Virus record (IMG/VR): IMGVR_UViG_3300002835_000086
Strand: one strand, 5' to 3'
Length of the DNA stretch: 28,972 bases
From: a virus
Lineage: Duplodnaviria > Heunggongvirae > Uroviricota > Caudoviricetes
Below the pieces are notes generated by a model that was not told the origin of the DNA, searched no databases, and was given only the letters and a program-made list of their open reading frames with translations. A program made the translations under genes and the position numbers. Positions 1 through 8,558 of the stretch are shown here, one piece after another (position 1 is the first letter of the stretch; each line of letters opens with the position of its first letter).

Positions 1-2
1 TT

Positions 3-869
3 GTTTAATTGTAAATTTAGTTTAGTTATTAAGTTACTCAAGGATTCATTAGCCATTCTAACAAGGTCTGAGTCCAATTCTTGTCCAGCAGCAATTGCAA
101 TGTTTTTTTGGATACTACTTAAGTCAATATTTTTGATTGTGTTAACCATCTTGTTAATGTCTTGTTTTGCTCTTCTTTTTCTGAACTCTTTAGCACATTC
201 AACACGGTAAAGAGTTATACAGGTCATCACATCATCCCATTCCCATCCATTTGATACTAGCGTTGAATCATTAACAGTTATGTCTGAAGGGTTGTAAATA
301 CTCACTTCACCACCCATAGGATTAGAAGTTTCCTCATTGAATAATGCAAATTTAGAATAGTTTCCTGAAACTTCTTTTTTAGAAATTACATACACTAAAA
401 AACCATTTTTCACGTAACGATTAAATGTTGATTCATTGGTTTTAGATGCCGTACACCATCTTGTTGCCGCACCATACTTAAGGGAACCTTTGTGAGTTAA
501 AGGTTGTAACATAAGTAAATTTTCATTCTCCCAAAGAACTCTAATATGAGCATCTCGGTCAAATGTTTTTTCTTCGTGTTTTAAAATGGCGTCTTCAACA
601 GTTTTTTTCAATGTATCAAAATTTTGGTACATTGGATTGTAAATGTCCTTAACCTCTATGTAATTTTGATACAACTCAAAACTTCTAACTAAATTAATTA
701 GTGTTTCTGATGTAAAGTTTTTACCAATTTTTTTCTTATTAGCCCATACTTTTAAAAGAAATGGTAAATATTTGTGTGTGCTGGTATTATCCGCAGCACG
801 AAATTTATTAAAAATACCAGCACTTACGTTACTACTATAAGTCTTCCACAATTCATCTACTTTCGACAT
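3..869 (-). CDS. Conserved phage hypothetical protein, at least 289 aa, 3' end beyond window start; possibly PcfJ-like
   Basis: Not in ORF track because it runs off the window. Hand translation from ATG at 869: MSKVDELWKTYSSN...LQPLTHKGSLKYGAATRWCTASKTNESTFNRYV...NLQLN, no stop. Preceded by a consensus promoter. The PcfJ-like label is a tentative recollection of the YGxxTxWC motif. Confidence 0.8.
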   Translation of the reverse strand, partial: MSKVDELWKTYSSNVSAGIFNKFRAADNTSTHKYLPFLLKVWANKKKIGKNFTSETLINLVRSFELYQNYIEVKDIYNPMYQNFDTLKKTVEDAILKHEEKTFDRDAHIRVLWENENLLMLQPLTHKGSLKYGAATRWCTASKTNESTFNRYVKNGFLVYVISKKEVSGNYSKFALFNEETSNPMGGEVSIYNPSDITVNDSTLVSNGWEWDDVMTCITLYRVECAKEFRKRRAKQDINKMVNTIKNIDLSSIQKNIAIAAGQELDSDLVRMANESLSNLITKLNLQLN

Positions 870-883
870 AATAATATTTTTTT

Positions 884-915
884 CAAAGATAAGAATTAAA
901 CCTTAGTATGACAAA
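884..915 (-). promoter_or_regulatory. Bacteroidota housekeeping-sigma promoter (-33 TTTG / -7 TAnnTTTG)
   Basis: Minus strand: TTTG (915-912), 20 nt spacer, TATCTTTG (891-884), then 14 nt to the ATG at 869. Confidence 0.75.
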
Positions 916-1776
916 CTATCCAAGGATATTTTTCATATCCATATTAAGAACTGTATTGATAACATCTTTAGGGACACGGTATTCTTGGTAATCCCCATCA
1001 TCTTTGAGTAATACCACAATACTACCCAACAACTTCATATCACCATACTTTGTACCTTCCAACATCTTTAACAATAGTTTACCGTAGAAAGGTAACTGAA
1101 GATAGTAGTGTCCCAAAGCATTATTAGGATATAAGTCAAATGGATGATACATTGTCTTGGTAAACTTATTGGTTTCAAAATTCTTCTGTTTATTTGTTTT
1201 CCAATCAGTAACCAAGAAACCAATTTCAGTGCCAGTCGCATTAAGTGTTAACCATACTTTGTCACCTTGTCCTGTATAACCAAGTTCAGGATGACCCAAG
1301 ACAACTTCAGTATCCAATAATACCAATCCTCTGTCGTCACATAAATCCAAATATTTGTGACCAGCACGAATCATACTTTCACTTCTAGCTTCAGAAAAAA
1401 TATCACACTCAAAGACAGGTTGTCTAACTTCTTTGGTAAGTCCAAAACGAGACAAAGCCTCAACTTCCAAATGATAGTGTGTTCTACTACCCAAGTTAGT
1501 GGATTCGTCTGCCAACATCTTCCACTCTTCTTTTAATCTTTCGGCTTCTTTATAATCACCTTTCGCCTTCTTAAGTGCCGCCTCTTCTGTCGGGAACTCC
1601 TCGTAAAAGTTTTTCAGAAGTTTTGATACCGATGGGAAATCAGAACGTAATTCCCCATCAAGACCTTTCATATTATATTTGTGATTATCCTCAAAAAACT
1701 CAAGTCCAAATTCTTTTCTTTTATCGTCCAAAATTTGACGAATTTCTTCAGCAGCAATTTTTAAATCTAACATCAT
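916..1776 (-). CDS. PD-(D/E)XK RecB-family exonuclease
   Basis: GSRTHYHLE; E..GYTGQGD; VTDWKTNK; YYLQLPFY (QxxxY motif of RecB-type nucleases). Confidence 0.75.
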   Translation of the reverse strand: MMLDLKIAAEEIRQILDDKRKEFGLEFFEDNHKYNMKGLDGELRSDFPSVSKLLKNFYEEFPTEEAALKKAKGDYKEAERLKEEWKMLADESTNLGSRTHYHLEVEALSRFGLTKEVRQPVFECDIFSEARSESMIRAGHKYLDLCDDRGLVLLDTEVVLGHPELGYTGQGDKVWLTLNATGTEIGFLVTDWKTNKQKNFETNKFTKTMYHPFDLYPNNALGHYYLQLPFYGKLLLKMLEGTKYGDMKLLGSIVVLLKDDGDYQEYRVPKDVINTVLNMDMKNILG

Positions 1777-2691
1777 CTATTTTATTTCGTAATAATACTC
1801 GTCAATTTTACCCCCCAAGTCACATACGTCCTTGTCTTTAGGTAATTTCAAAATTTTAATTTTATCATATAACACACCACCATTTAAAGTGTGATATAGT
1901 TTAAGTGCGTTACTCCAAGCGTCACCATCCAAACATATGTGAATATAACCCTGAACATTATTGTATAGTTTTTCAAACAACAAATTTGAAAGGTGTTTAC
2001 CTAACATTGGGATTGGATTTGGTAGGAAGAACGCGTCAAACACACCTTCACATAGATACACATCTTTGGTCCAATCAATCCTACTTTCGTTGAAGATTAT
2101 TTCATCTTTTGGTACCGCAGGGTTTTTATACTTCATCTTTTTATTTGCCCAAGCTCGTCCAACAAAATAATTCAACTGACCGTTCATATCAAATGAGGGA
2201 ACAATAATACGATATGCGTAATCACCGCTTACGGTATAACCAATATCATACTTATCAATCATCTCATCAGTAATACCACGGGAGTGTAAGTAATTTAATG
2301 CTTCTCTGTGTGGAATAAATCTTGAGTTAGAGTCTTTGAATTTAACAAACCCCTCAGGTAAACGTAACTTAACTTTTGGTTTTTCATCCTCCCCTTCTTT
2401 TTTTGGTCTGATTAACTCAAAAATCTGTTTTTGTTTTTTGGTTGCGAACTGGTCAAATAGTTTACCCAACGCTCCTTGAGTTCCATAGGTTTCGGAACAA
2501 GCCCAACATTTGTATACACCTATGTTATAGTTAATTTCTAAGTTACCTTTACCATCTCCCTTGTCTAACCCTTTCTCCATAGAGCAAACGGGACAGTCGA
2601 AAGATATTTGACCTTTCGACTCGTAATGAAGTTTCTCCTTTCCTAAGAAATCTTTAAGTAACTCAACTATAACTTCAGATTCTTCACTCAT
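1777..2691 (-). CDS. DNA primase (zinc finger plus TOPRIM)
   Basis: CPVC...CWAC zinc ribbon; TOPRIM motifs LCEGVFDA and CLDGDA; C-terminal KDVCD. Confidence 0.88.
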   Translation of the reverse strand: MSEESEVIVELLKDFLGKEKLHYESKGQISFDCPVCSMEKGLDKGDGKGNLEINYNIGVYKCWACSETYGTQGALGKLFDQFATKKQKQIFELIRPKKEGEDEKPKVKLRLPEGFVKFKDSNSRFIPHREALNYLHSRGITDEMIDKYDIGYTVSGDYAYRIIVPSFDMNGQLNYFVGRAWANKKMKYKNPAVPKDEIIFNESRIDWTKDVYLCEGVFDAFFLPNPIPMLGKHLSNLLFEKLYNNVQGYIHICLDGDAWSNALKLYHTLNGGVLYDKIKILKLPKDKDVCDLGGKIDEYYYEIK

Positions 2692-2695
2692 TTTA

Positions 2696-3064
2696 TCAGT
2701 TTAATTTGAGTTTCCACTCTACTTTTTTTATGATGAAACTCCACTGGTTTATCCCAAATAACTCAATGTCCTTTCTTATTGCGTATTCCGCACATCTTCT
2801 AATCATTTTATTGAGTTTAACTTTAGAAATGTTGTGTGTAACTAAAATCTCAGACGTTAACCATTCAGAGTATCTGTTGTCAAGTCTGGCAAAGATTACT
2901 CCGTCGAAGATGATATCGATTTCATACACGTGAGGTCCGCCCTCATTGTATTTACGGACTTTTTTAACCTTTAAGGAACCATTGATTTTGTCATAGACAC
3001 TGAAAGGATATGATGCCATAACCTTGTTCAAGTAAGAAATGTGAGTGTCTTTGACCATTTTCAT
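2696..3064 (-). CDS. Hypothetical protein (~122 aa; start corrected from 3079 to 3064)
   Basis: The track's N-terminal MYLCT is the translated TATCTTTGTA promoter box; the next ATG (MKMVKD) is at 3064. Confidence 0.7.
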   Translation of the reverse strand: MKMVKDTHISYLNKVMASYPFSVYDKINGSLKVKKVRKYNEGGPHVYEIDIIFDGVIFARLDNRYSEWLTSEILVTHNISKVKLNKMIRRCAEYAIRKDIELFGINQWSFIIKKVEWKLKLN

Positions 3065-3068
3065 AGTA

Positions 3069-3099
3069 CAAAGATACACATATTTTTTAAATTACCAAA
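3069..3099 (-). promoter_or_regulatory. Bacteroidota housekeeping-sigma promoter
   Basis: Minus strand: TTTG (3099-3096), 19 nt spacer, TATCTTTG (3076-3069); lies upstream of the hypothetical-primase-nuclease run. Confidence 0.72.
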
Positions 3100-3691
3100 A
3101 TTTTTCTTGTTTCATAAATCCTAACACACAAGTATATGAGTCACTCATATCAAAGTTTTCCTTTTTAAGTGTGTTGTTTCTGGTGTATAACCAAGTGATT
3201 TGAGGTTCTCGTTTGGCAACCATATCCCAAATGACTTCTTTCTTATCAATCGTTTTTGGGTACCCCCCAAATAATACAAACTTACCCTTATCATTCTTTT
3301 GTACCAATTCAGGGAATGCACATTTACGAGCATTATAAGTAGATATCAACTCAGGTACAATACCAAACACATCATATACATCTTTACAGATAAGTGTGTT
3401 GTATCTCATAAGAGTTCCAACAGTGTAAACGTTATTTGAGTTTAATAGTGGTTCTTCAATAATGACTTTGGTGATACCAAGATTTTGATACTCCATAAGT
3501 TTTTCTTTAAAAATTATACTTTTGGTAATCAACTCTTCAATCTTATTTTCAGATTTTGGTTTTGGTTGAGGGGATAAGTGAGTAAGTTCTAATAGTTGTT
3601 GAGTTTGGATATCGAACAATGCGAATCCAATAGTTTTCGTACTAACATCTAAACCTAATACTTTAGGAGAATTTTTTTGAAGTTTTGCCAT
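3092..3691 (-). CDS. RuvC-like Holliday junction resolvase
   Basis: VLGLDVSTKTIG (first Asp), VIIEEP (Glu), DMSDS (DxxD) in RNase H-fold RuvC order and spacing. Confidence 0.8.
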   Translation of the reverse strand: MAKLQKNSPKVLGLDVSTKTIGFALFDIQTQQLLELTHLSPQPKPKSENKIEELITKSIIFKEKLMEYQNLGITKVIIEEPLLNSNNVYTVGTLMRYNTLICKDVYDVFGIVPELISTYNARKCAFPELVQKNDKGKFVLFGGYPKTIDKKEVIWDMVAKREPQITWLYTRNNTLKKENFDMSDSYTCVLGFMKQEKFW

Positions 3692-3692
3692 A

Positions 3693-5861
3693 TTAAAAAT
3701 CTAATTTAACTACAAACTGTTGTATACCCGCTCTTAGAACAGGAGATTGTAGTTTAGATATAACAATAAGGTCTAAATTAGAATCGTAAAGCCCAATTTC
3801 AGTAATGTAAGGGTTTGTCCCTGTTACAAATGTTGGGTTTGAACTCGTTGTAAATTGATTATTACCCAAGTTGATTAGATATCTCATCTCGTATATTGTC
3901 GCCGCAACATCAGTTTGTAGATTACCATAGAAATAATATTCATCCCCAAAGTTGAGTAACTCTGTTTGTCCGTTTTGAGGTATGTCTATGTAATTCGCTA
4001 AATTGTATGTGGTTGCACCTGTGTAATCCTCCAAAGATATTTGGAACACTTGGCTAGTAATACCTGAAGCGGTTATGAAATCATTTATTGTTGTTCCCGA
4101 TAATTGGTCGGTAACATCAATTTCTCTCCATAAGTTTGGTTGTGGTCTTGTATCACCTGAAACTAACTGACAAATAATCTTCATACTTGTTGCAGTAAAC
4201 CCTTCAGTAGAACCAGTACCTAAGAATGGGAACTCATTACCAAATCTAATTGCAACGTTCTGTGAATTCTCGGTACAAGCAGTTGTTGGTCCAAGAATAC
4301 TTGAATAGTAGTTACAATGTAACGAATCAGTGAATCCTGTTGAATCAAATCTATAAGTGACCCACATCTTTTCAGTTTCATTATTCATCACACCTTGACC
4401 TGAATTGTTATTTGTAAAACAAGTGTTAGGCGTAATCAAACTAAGTTGTGGTGCAGGTATCGTCCAGTTTCTATTTGCCTTATATGAAAGTGCAGCAACA
4501 ACTTCTTCATCATCTATAATAACAATTTCTTGGTCAGGGAATACCTTACCAATTCTGTTAAGATTATTGTTATCGTCAGGGTTGGTATCATATAAATGAT
4601 AATATCTAATACCCGGGTCATTCATATCAGGATTTGGAACCGACTTAATATAATATGGGACACATAAGTCATATCCCGGAGGGTCTATGTAAAATACTTC
4701 ACCCGTTGTATTACCAGTTGACTTGTGCCACATCAATGTTGGAATTGTCAACTTAAAGTTTCTTGCTAATCCTGGGTCTGATGTTGGGTTTTGTGGGTCA
4801 AAAGGAACTGTTGCAAATTTCTCAGCATAAACATTATCAATAGATTGATTAGTGTAGTGGATAATTGCAATAGTTTTTTGGTCCTTAGGTTGAACCACTA
4901 CTTTTTCATCAAAAGAATTATAATAAAAAGTTTGGCTTGTATCAGTCTGACCACTATTTTCTTGATAACCAAGATATTCTTTGGTTCCAATATAAGTAAC
5001 AGAATTGTATTGATTAAACCCTTCATATGTTGATGTGAAAACTCCTGCGGGTGATTCGCTCCAAGGAATATTCATATTCCAAATTAAAGTACTTTCTTTT
5101 TCACACTCATCAGTTGGTAGTGTCGGAACAATAGTATCGTAAAGTTCTGTCATACCTGAAGGATATACTAAACATCTTGCAATAACACCCGCAGACTGAC
5201 CAGTATAAATTGGTACAGCTCTGTCTAATGTTAGTGTCCAAGTTGTTGTTCCTGTTGTTCCTGTTGCAGGGTCAATATCCTGTATCTTGTATGTTAAAAC
5301 AGGAGATGTTGTAAATTCACCTGTATTGTATCCATTACCATCAAAGAAGAATGTAATGAAATCACCGATTGATGGTGTCCCTGTTGTTGACGCGGCAAAG
5401 TCATAAGTAATTGAAACCCCACTTGTTTGTCCTGATAAAGTATTCATCTCAACAACATAGTTAGATGTAACTGTGTAGGCTGAACTTGTCTGAGCACTAA
5501 ATGGGTAGGTATTACCTGTCACAAAAAACCCATAAGGAACTTGTGAATTATAAATGTAGTCGATATTGGAATCCATAAACGGTATTCCGTAAGTATTTCC
5601 TGTTACTCCTTTAACAAATAACGGGTATTTAATATTCTCTTTGTTAGACTGTGGGACACCGTTATCATTCTGAGCATTAAATGCCGGCATCAATATGTCA
5701 TTATTTGTAACACTATAACTTGGTACCGCAGTGTAATTTACTTCACTGTCCCCAATTGAAAAATAGGAAATCTGGAAACTTCCCTGAGAAATGTTTCTTC
5801 TTCCAACATCAGTAAGTCTAGTGTTGATTAACCCTGAAGTATTTTTAATGATATATCCCAT
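3693..5861 (-). CDS. Virion structural protein, baseplate/tail-associated (722 aa)
   Basis: Thr/Gly/Asn-rich beta-type sequence. N-terminal LTDVGRR and C-terminal YITEIGLYDSNLDLIVISKLQSP resemble baseplate/tail-collar type domains of large phages. Confidence 0.55.
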   Translation of the reverse strand: MGYIIKNTSGLINTRLTDVGRRNISQGSFQISYFSIGDSEVNYTAVPSYSVTNNDILMPAFNAQNDNGVPQSNKENIKYPLFVKGVTGNTYGIPFMDSNIDYIYNSQVPYGFFVTGNTYPFSAQTSSAYTVTSNYVVEMNTLSGQTSGVSITYDFAASTTGTPSIGDFITFFFDGNGYNTGEFTTSPVLTYKIQDIDPATGTTGTTTWTLTLDRAVPIYTGQSAGVIARCLVYPSGMTELYDTIVPTLPTDECEKESTLIWNMNIPWSESPAGVFTSTYEGFNQYNSVTYIGTKEYLGYQENSGQTDTSQTFYYNSFDEKVVVQPKDQKTIAIIHYTNQSIDNVYAEKFATVPFDPQNPTSDPGLARNFKLTIPTLMWHKSTGNTTGEVFYIDPPGYDLCVPYYIKSVPNPDMNDPGIRYYHLYDTNPDDNNNLNRIGKVFPDQEIVIIDDEEVVAALSYKANRNWTIPAPQLSLITPNTCFTNNNSGQGVMNNETEKMWVTYRFDSTGFTDSLHCNYYSSILGPTTACTENSQNVAIRFGNEFPFLGTGSTEGFTATSMKIICQLVSGDTRPQPNLWREIDVTDQLSGTTINDFITASGITSQVFQISLEDYTGATTYNLANYIDIPQNGQTELLNFGDEYYFYGNLQTDVAATIYEMRYLINLGNNQFTTSSNPTFVTGTNPYITEIGLYDSNLDLIVISKLQSPVLRAGIQQFVVKLDF

Positions 5862-5866
5862 ATAAT

Positions 5867-5875
5867 ATTAAATAG
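5867..5875 (-). promoter_or_regulatory. Variant of putative late-gene upstream motif (CTATTTAAT)
   Basis: 5 nt upstream of the structural gene ATG; resembles GTTATTTAT at 8536 and 13603. Confidence 0.25.
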
Positions 5876-5890
5876 TTTTACAATATTTTT

Positions 5891-7882
5891 TTATTGTACT
5901 GTTACTTGTGATGCATTTATTGTATGACTTAATTTAGCCTCTCCTTGATTGTATAACGCTGAACAACAATTACATCCGTTAATTGAAACGTTACTTAAGT
6001 ATACTGTAATATTTTGTGTTACCTCAGTCATACATCCATTAACATTCAACGGAGTGGTTATATTAACATTTGAGTTACAAGCTCCACTTACCACATCACC
6101 AGCAACCATAGTAATTGGGTATGTATTAACATAATCAGTTGTGTATTGGTTATTTGGTGCACAGAATGGTCTTGGGTCAACAGATGACGAACCTGTTGTT
6201 GTAGGTGTAAGTACGTTTGTATTCTTCTTAGTTGTCAGTGTGTAAGTTGCACTACCATCACCAGGTTGTTTTTCAATTTGTTCAACATCGATTCCTAAAT
6301 CAAATGATAATGTAACACCAGGTGATAAAGGTGGCAGTACATTTACTCTCCAAGTAATATTTCTACTAAATGTAGCGTTAGTCGCTTGGGTTAATTGTTG
6401 TATTCCAACTGAGTATGTTACCGGTGATGCTTGTGAAGCAACTACGACAGTTTGTTGGTATTGAGCGTTATTTTGGTCTTTTACCACTACAGAATATGCG
6501 CCAGGACATAATCCGTTTACGACATTGGTTCCATTGAATGTAACTCCGTTATCTGTTGAATATAAATAAGGTCCGATTCCGCCAGATGGTAAAATTGTTA
6601 TCGCTCCATCACAACTACTTAGACAACTTGATGCCTGTGCAGTTACTTTAGCACTTATAACATTAATTGTTGAACAAGTACCAGTGTAAACTGTTACGTT
6701 AGCATTTTTAGTAGCTCCAACAGGATACCATCCTGATAATGGTACTGATGAAGCGTCTTGAGAAGCAACAGTTCCACCATATTGAGTGTAACCAGTTACA
6801 TACCAAGTACTATTCTGTGGGTTCCATACCATACCATAAGTTGAACCATTTGACCAACTTGGTTTACCATTAATACTACCATTCGGGAAGAATTGGATTT
6901 GTTCAGGAGTGTTCTGACCCCATTGGATAAACATACATAAGTTTGGATACACAGGTGTTGCAGATGGTGTGATTGAAGGTGTTGGTGTATTAGTTGGTGT
7001 AGGTGATGGTGCTATTAACGAACAAGATGTATATGCTGTGAAATCACCATAAAAGTCGGATACAACAACTTGGTAAGACCCCCCCTTTAAGTTAAATAAG
7101 TAAGGTGTTTTTTGTCCACCCTCCCAAGTTATATCGTAAGGTGGTGTTCCACCTGTGATAGTTAGATATAATTTACCATCAAAACTTTTTGGTGTTGATG
7201 GGTTAACACCATAACAACTAACTCCCATTGGGAATACTGTGAACACATCACAATCATTCTTTGGGACATAAATAACATTGTTTGTTGGTGTCGGAGTTGG
7301 TGTTGGTGTATTAGTTGGGCTTGAAGTTACGGTTGATGTAACTGTTGGAGTAACTGTAGCAGTTGGTGTTGAATAAGGTGTAGCCGTTGGTGTTTGAGTT
7401 GGGCAAGTTGTAGATGCCGGAACAAATAGTTTTGTAACTCCGTTATGTGGTTTAGTGTAGTCAAATATAATTGTTGTGCCAGAACTTGTTCCATATACAT
7501 AGTTTCCACAACAATCGTAGTAATAACACTTCTCACTAGTCGTATATCCTGAACCACAAACAATAGATGTTGGTGTTGGAGTATAATTAGGTGTTCTAGT
7601 TGGGAATGGTGTTGGTGTTATACTTGGCTCGGGTTCATCAACACAAGGATTTAATAAAATACCATTAAAATTTATAAAACCACTTCCACCATTTTCAATA
7701 TAAACATCTTGACTCGTTGCGTATGAACCACTTTCTTGACAACCACAAACACTATAAAAATTACCAGGTTGTATGGTTGCACTTTGTGATGTAGTTCCAT
7801 CATTACAAGAATACGAATAAAAAATCTGAGGAGATTCAGACTCATTCCATACCATCCATCTAATACAAGTAGTACAAGCCAT
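5891..7882 (-). CDS. Putative virion appendage protein with Pro/Thr linkers, Cys-rich modules and two SprB-type repeats
   Basis: DGKLYLTITGGTPPYDITW...L.GGSYQVVVSD and CDGAITILPSGGIGPYLYSTDNG...L.PGAYSVVVKD; three TPTP-rich linkers. Confidence 0.65.
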   Translation of the reverse strand: MACTTCIRWMVWNESESPQIFYSYSCNDGTTSQSATIQPGNFYSVCGCQESGSYATSQDVYIENGGSGFINFNGILLNPCVDEPEPSITPTPFPTRTPNYTPTPTSIVCGSGYTTSEKCYYYDCCGNYVYGTSSGTTIIFDYTKPHNGVTKLFVPASTTCPTQTPTATPYSTPTATVTPTVTSTVTSSPTNTPTPTPTPTNNVIYVPKNDCDVFTVFPMGVSCYGVNPSTPKSFDGKLYLTITGGTPPYDITWEGGQKTPYLFNLKGGSYQVVVSDFYGDFTAYTSCSLIAPSPTPTNTPTPSITPSATPVYPNLCMFIQWGQNTPEQIQFFPNGSINGKPSWSNGSTYGMVWNPQNSTWYVTGYTQYGGTVASQDASSVPLSGWYPVGATKNANVTVYTGTCSTINVISAKVTAQASSCLSSCDGAITILPSGGIGPYLYSTDNGVTFNGTNVVNGLCPGAYSVVVKDQNNAQYQQTVVVASQASPVTYSVGIQQLTQATNATFSRNITWRVNVLPPLSPGVTLSFDLGIDVEQIEKQPGDGSATYTLTTKKNTNVLTPTTTGSSSVDPRPFCAPNNQYTTDYVNTYPITMVAGDVVSGACNSNVNITTPLNVNGCMTEVTQNITVYLSNVSINGCNCCSALYNQGEAKLSHTINASQVTVQ

Positions 7883-8529
7883 TATACGCAGAGTGTAAAG
7901 TTGATTATGATTCCACTTGAATCTATTTGTACCGCATATGTGTTAGCTCCGAATATCATTTTTCTCCATCTATTACCTTGATTTACAGGGTTGAATAAAC
8001 TACCACCAATGTTTGTTTGATAAACTGTTGCACCTATTACAGGTGTTGATGGTGTCGCAACATAAGAAGTATAGTAATAGTCATCTAAAAGTGTATCCAA
8101 ACACGCACTTGATGAATTAACATATAAATTTCTACCTATTTGATGCGGATAAACCAAACTTGTTGGTGTTGGAGTAGGCGTGTTACTTGATGTAGGTGTT
8201 GGGGTCGCTTGAAGTGTTGTTGAAGGTGTTGGTGTAATACTAGCGGTTGGTGTTGTAGTTGGAGTATGTGTTTGTGTTGGAGTTTGTGTTGGCGTATTAG
8301 TTGGTGTTGGAGTTGGTGTTATGTAAAGAGTCTGATAAACGGTACAACCCGCAGCATCAACAATTTTAATCACAAAGTCTAATGAAGAATATGAATCAGG
8401 AACATCAAATGTATAAGGGGCACTTGCAACAGTTGCAACTGAAACACAGTTCCCACTAAAACTATCGCAATAAAAAACCTCAAACGGTAAGTTTGCTGTA
8501 ATATTAGGTATGGTAACTGTTTGACTCAT
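7882..8529 (-). CDS. Small Pro/Thr-linker putative virion protein (N-domain, TP linker, C-domain)
   Basis: ~50-aa TPTPTPTNTPTQ linker; N-domain homologous to that of 8559..10166; TAATG-coupled to the next gene. Confidence 0.7.
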   Translation of the reverse strand: MSQTVTIPNITANLPFEVFYCDSFSGNCVSVATVASAPYTFDVPDSYSSLDFVIKIVDAAGCTVYQTLYITPTPTPTNTPTQTPTQTHTPTTTPTASITPTPSTTLQATPTPTSSNTPTPTPTSLVYPHQIGRNLYVNSSSACLDTLLDDYYYTSYVATPSTPVIGATVYQTNIGGSLFNPVNQGNRWRKMIFGANTYAVQIDSSGIIINFTLCV

Positions 8530-8535
8530 TTATCT

Positions 8536-8544
8536 ATAAATAAC
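8536..8544 (-). promoter_or_regulatory. Putative late promoter/upstream motif GTTATTTAT
   Basis: Exactly 6 nt upstream of ATG 8529; identical 9-mer with identical spacing at 13603-13611. Confidence 0.4.
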
Positions 8545-8558
8545 ATTTTTCATTTTTT

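Noticed and set aside
1-210. 69-aa + strand ORF and the other short track ORFs nested within long genes (e.g. 1575..1841, 4405..4599, 9322..9525, 19958..20197, 24507..24794, 27627..27857)
   Set aside because: Antisense or alternate-frame shadows of well-supported genes, with no motifs or start signals.
916-1776. Nuclease as Cas4 / CRISPR component
   Set aside because: No four-Cys Fe-S motif, no array or other cas genes; context is replication.
916-2691. Primase-TAG-ATG-nuclease in one frame, suggesting TAG recoding or a fusion
   Set aside because: TAG also ends the nuclease and hldD at sensible boundaries, and genes up to 1126 aa have no internal TAG, so code 11 fits; low-level readthrough is unsupported.
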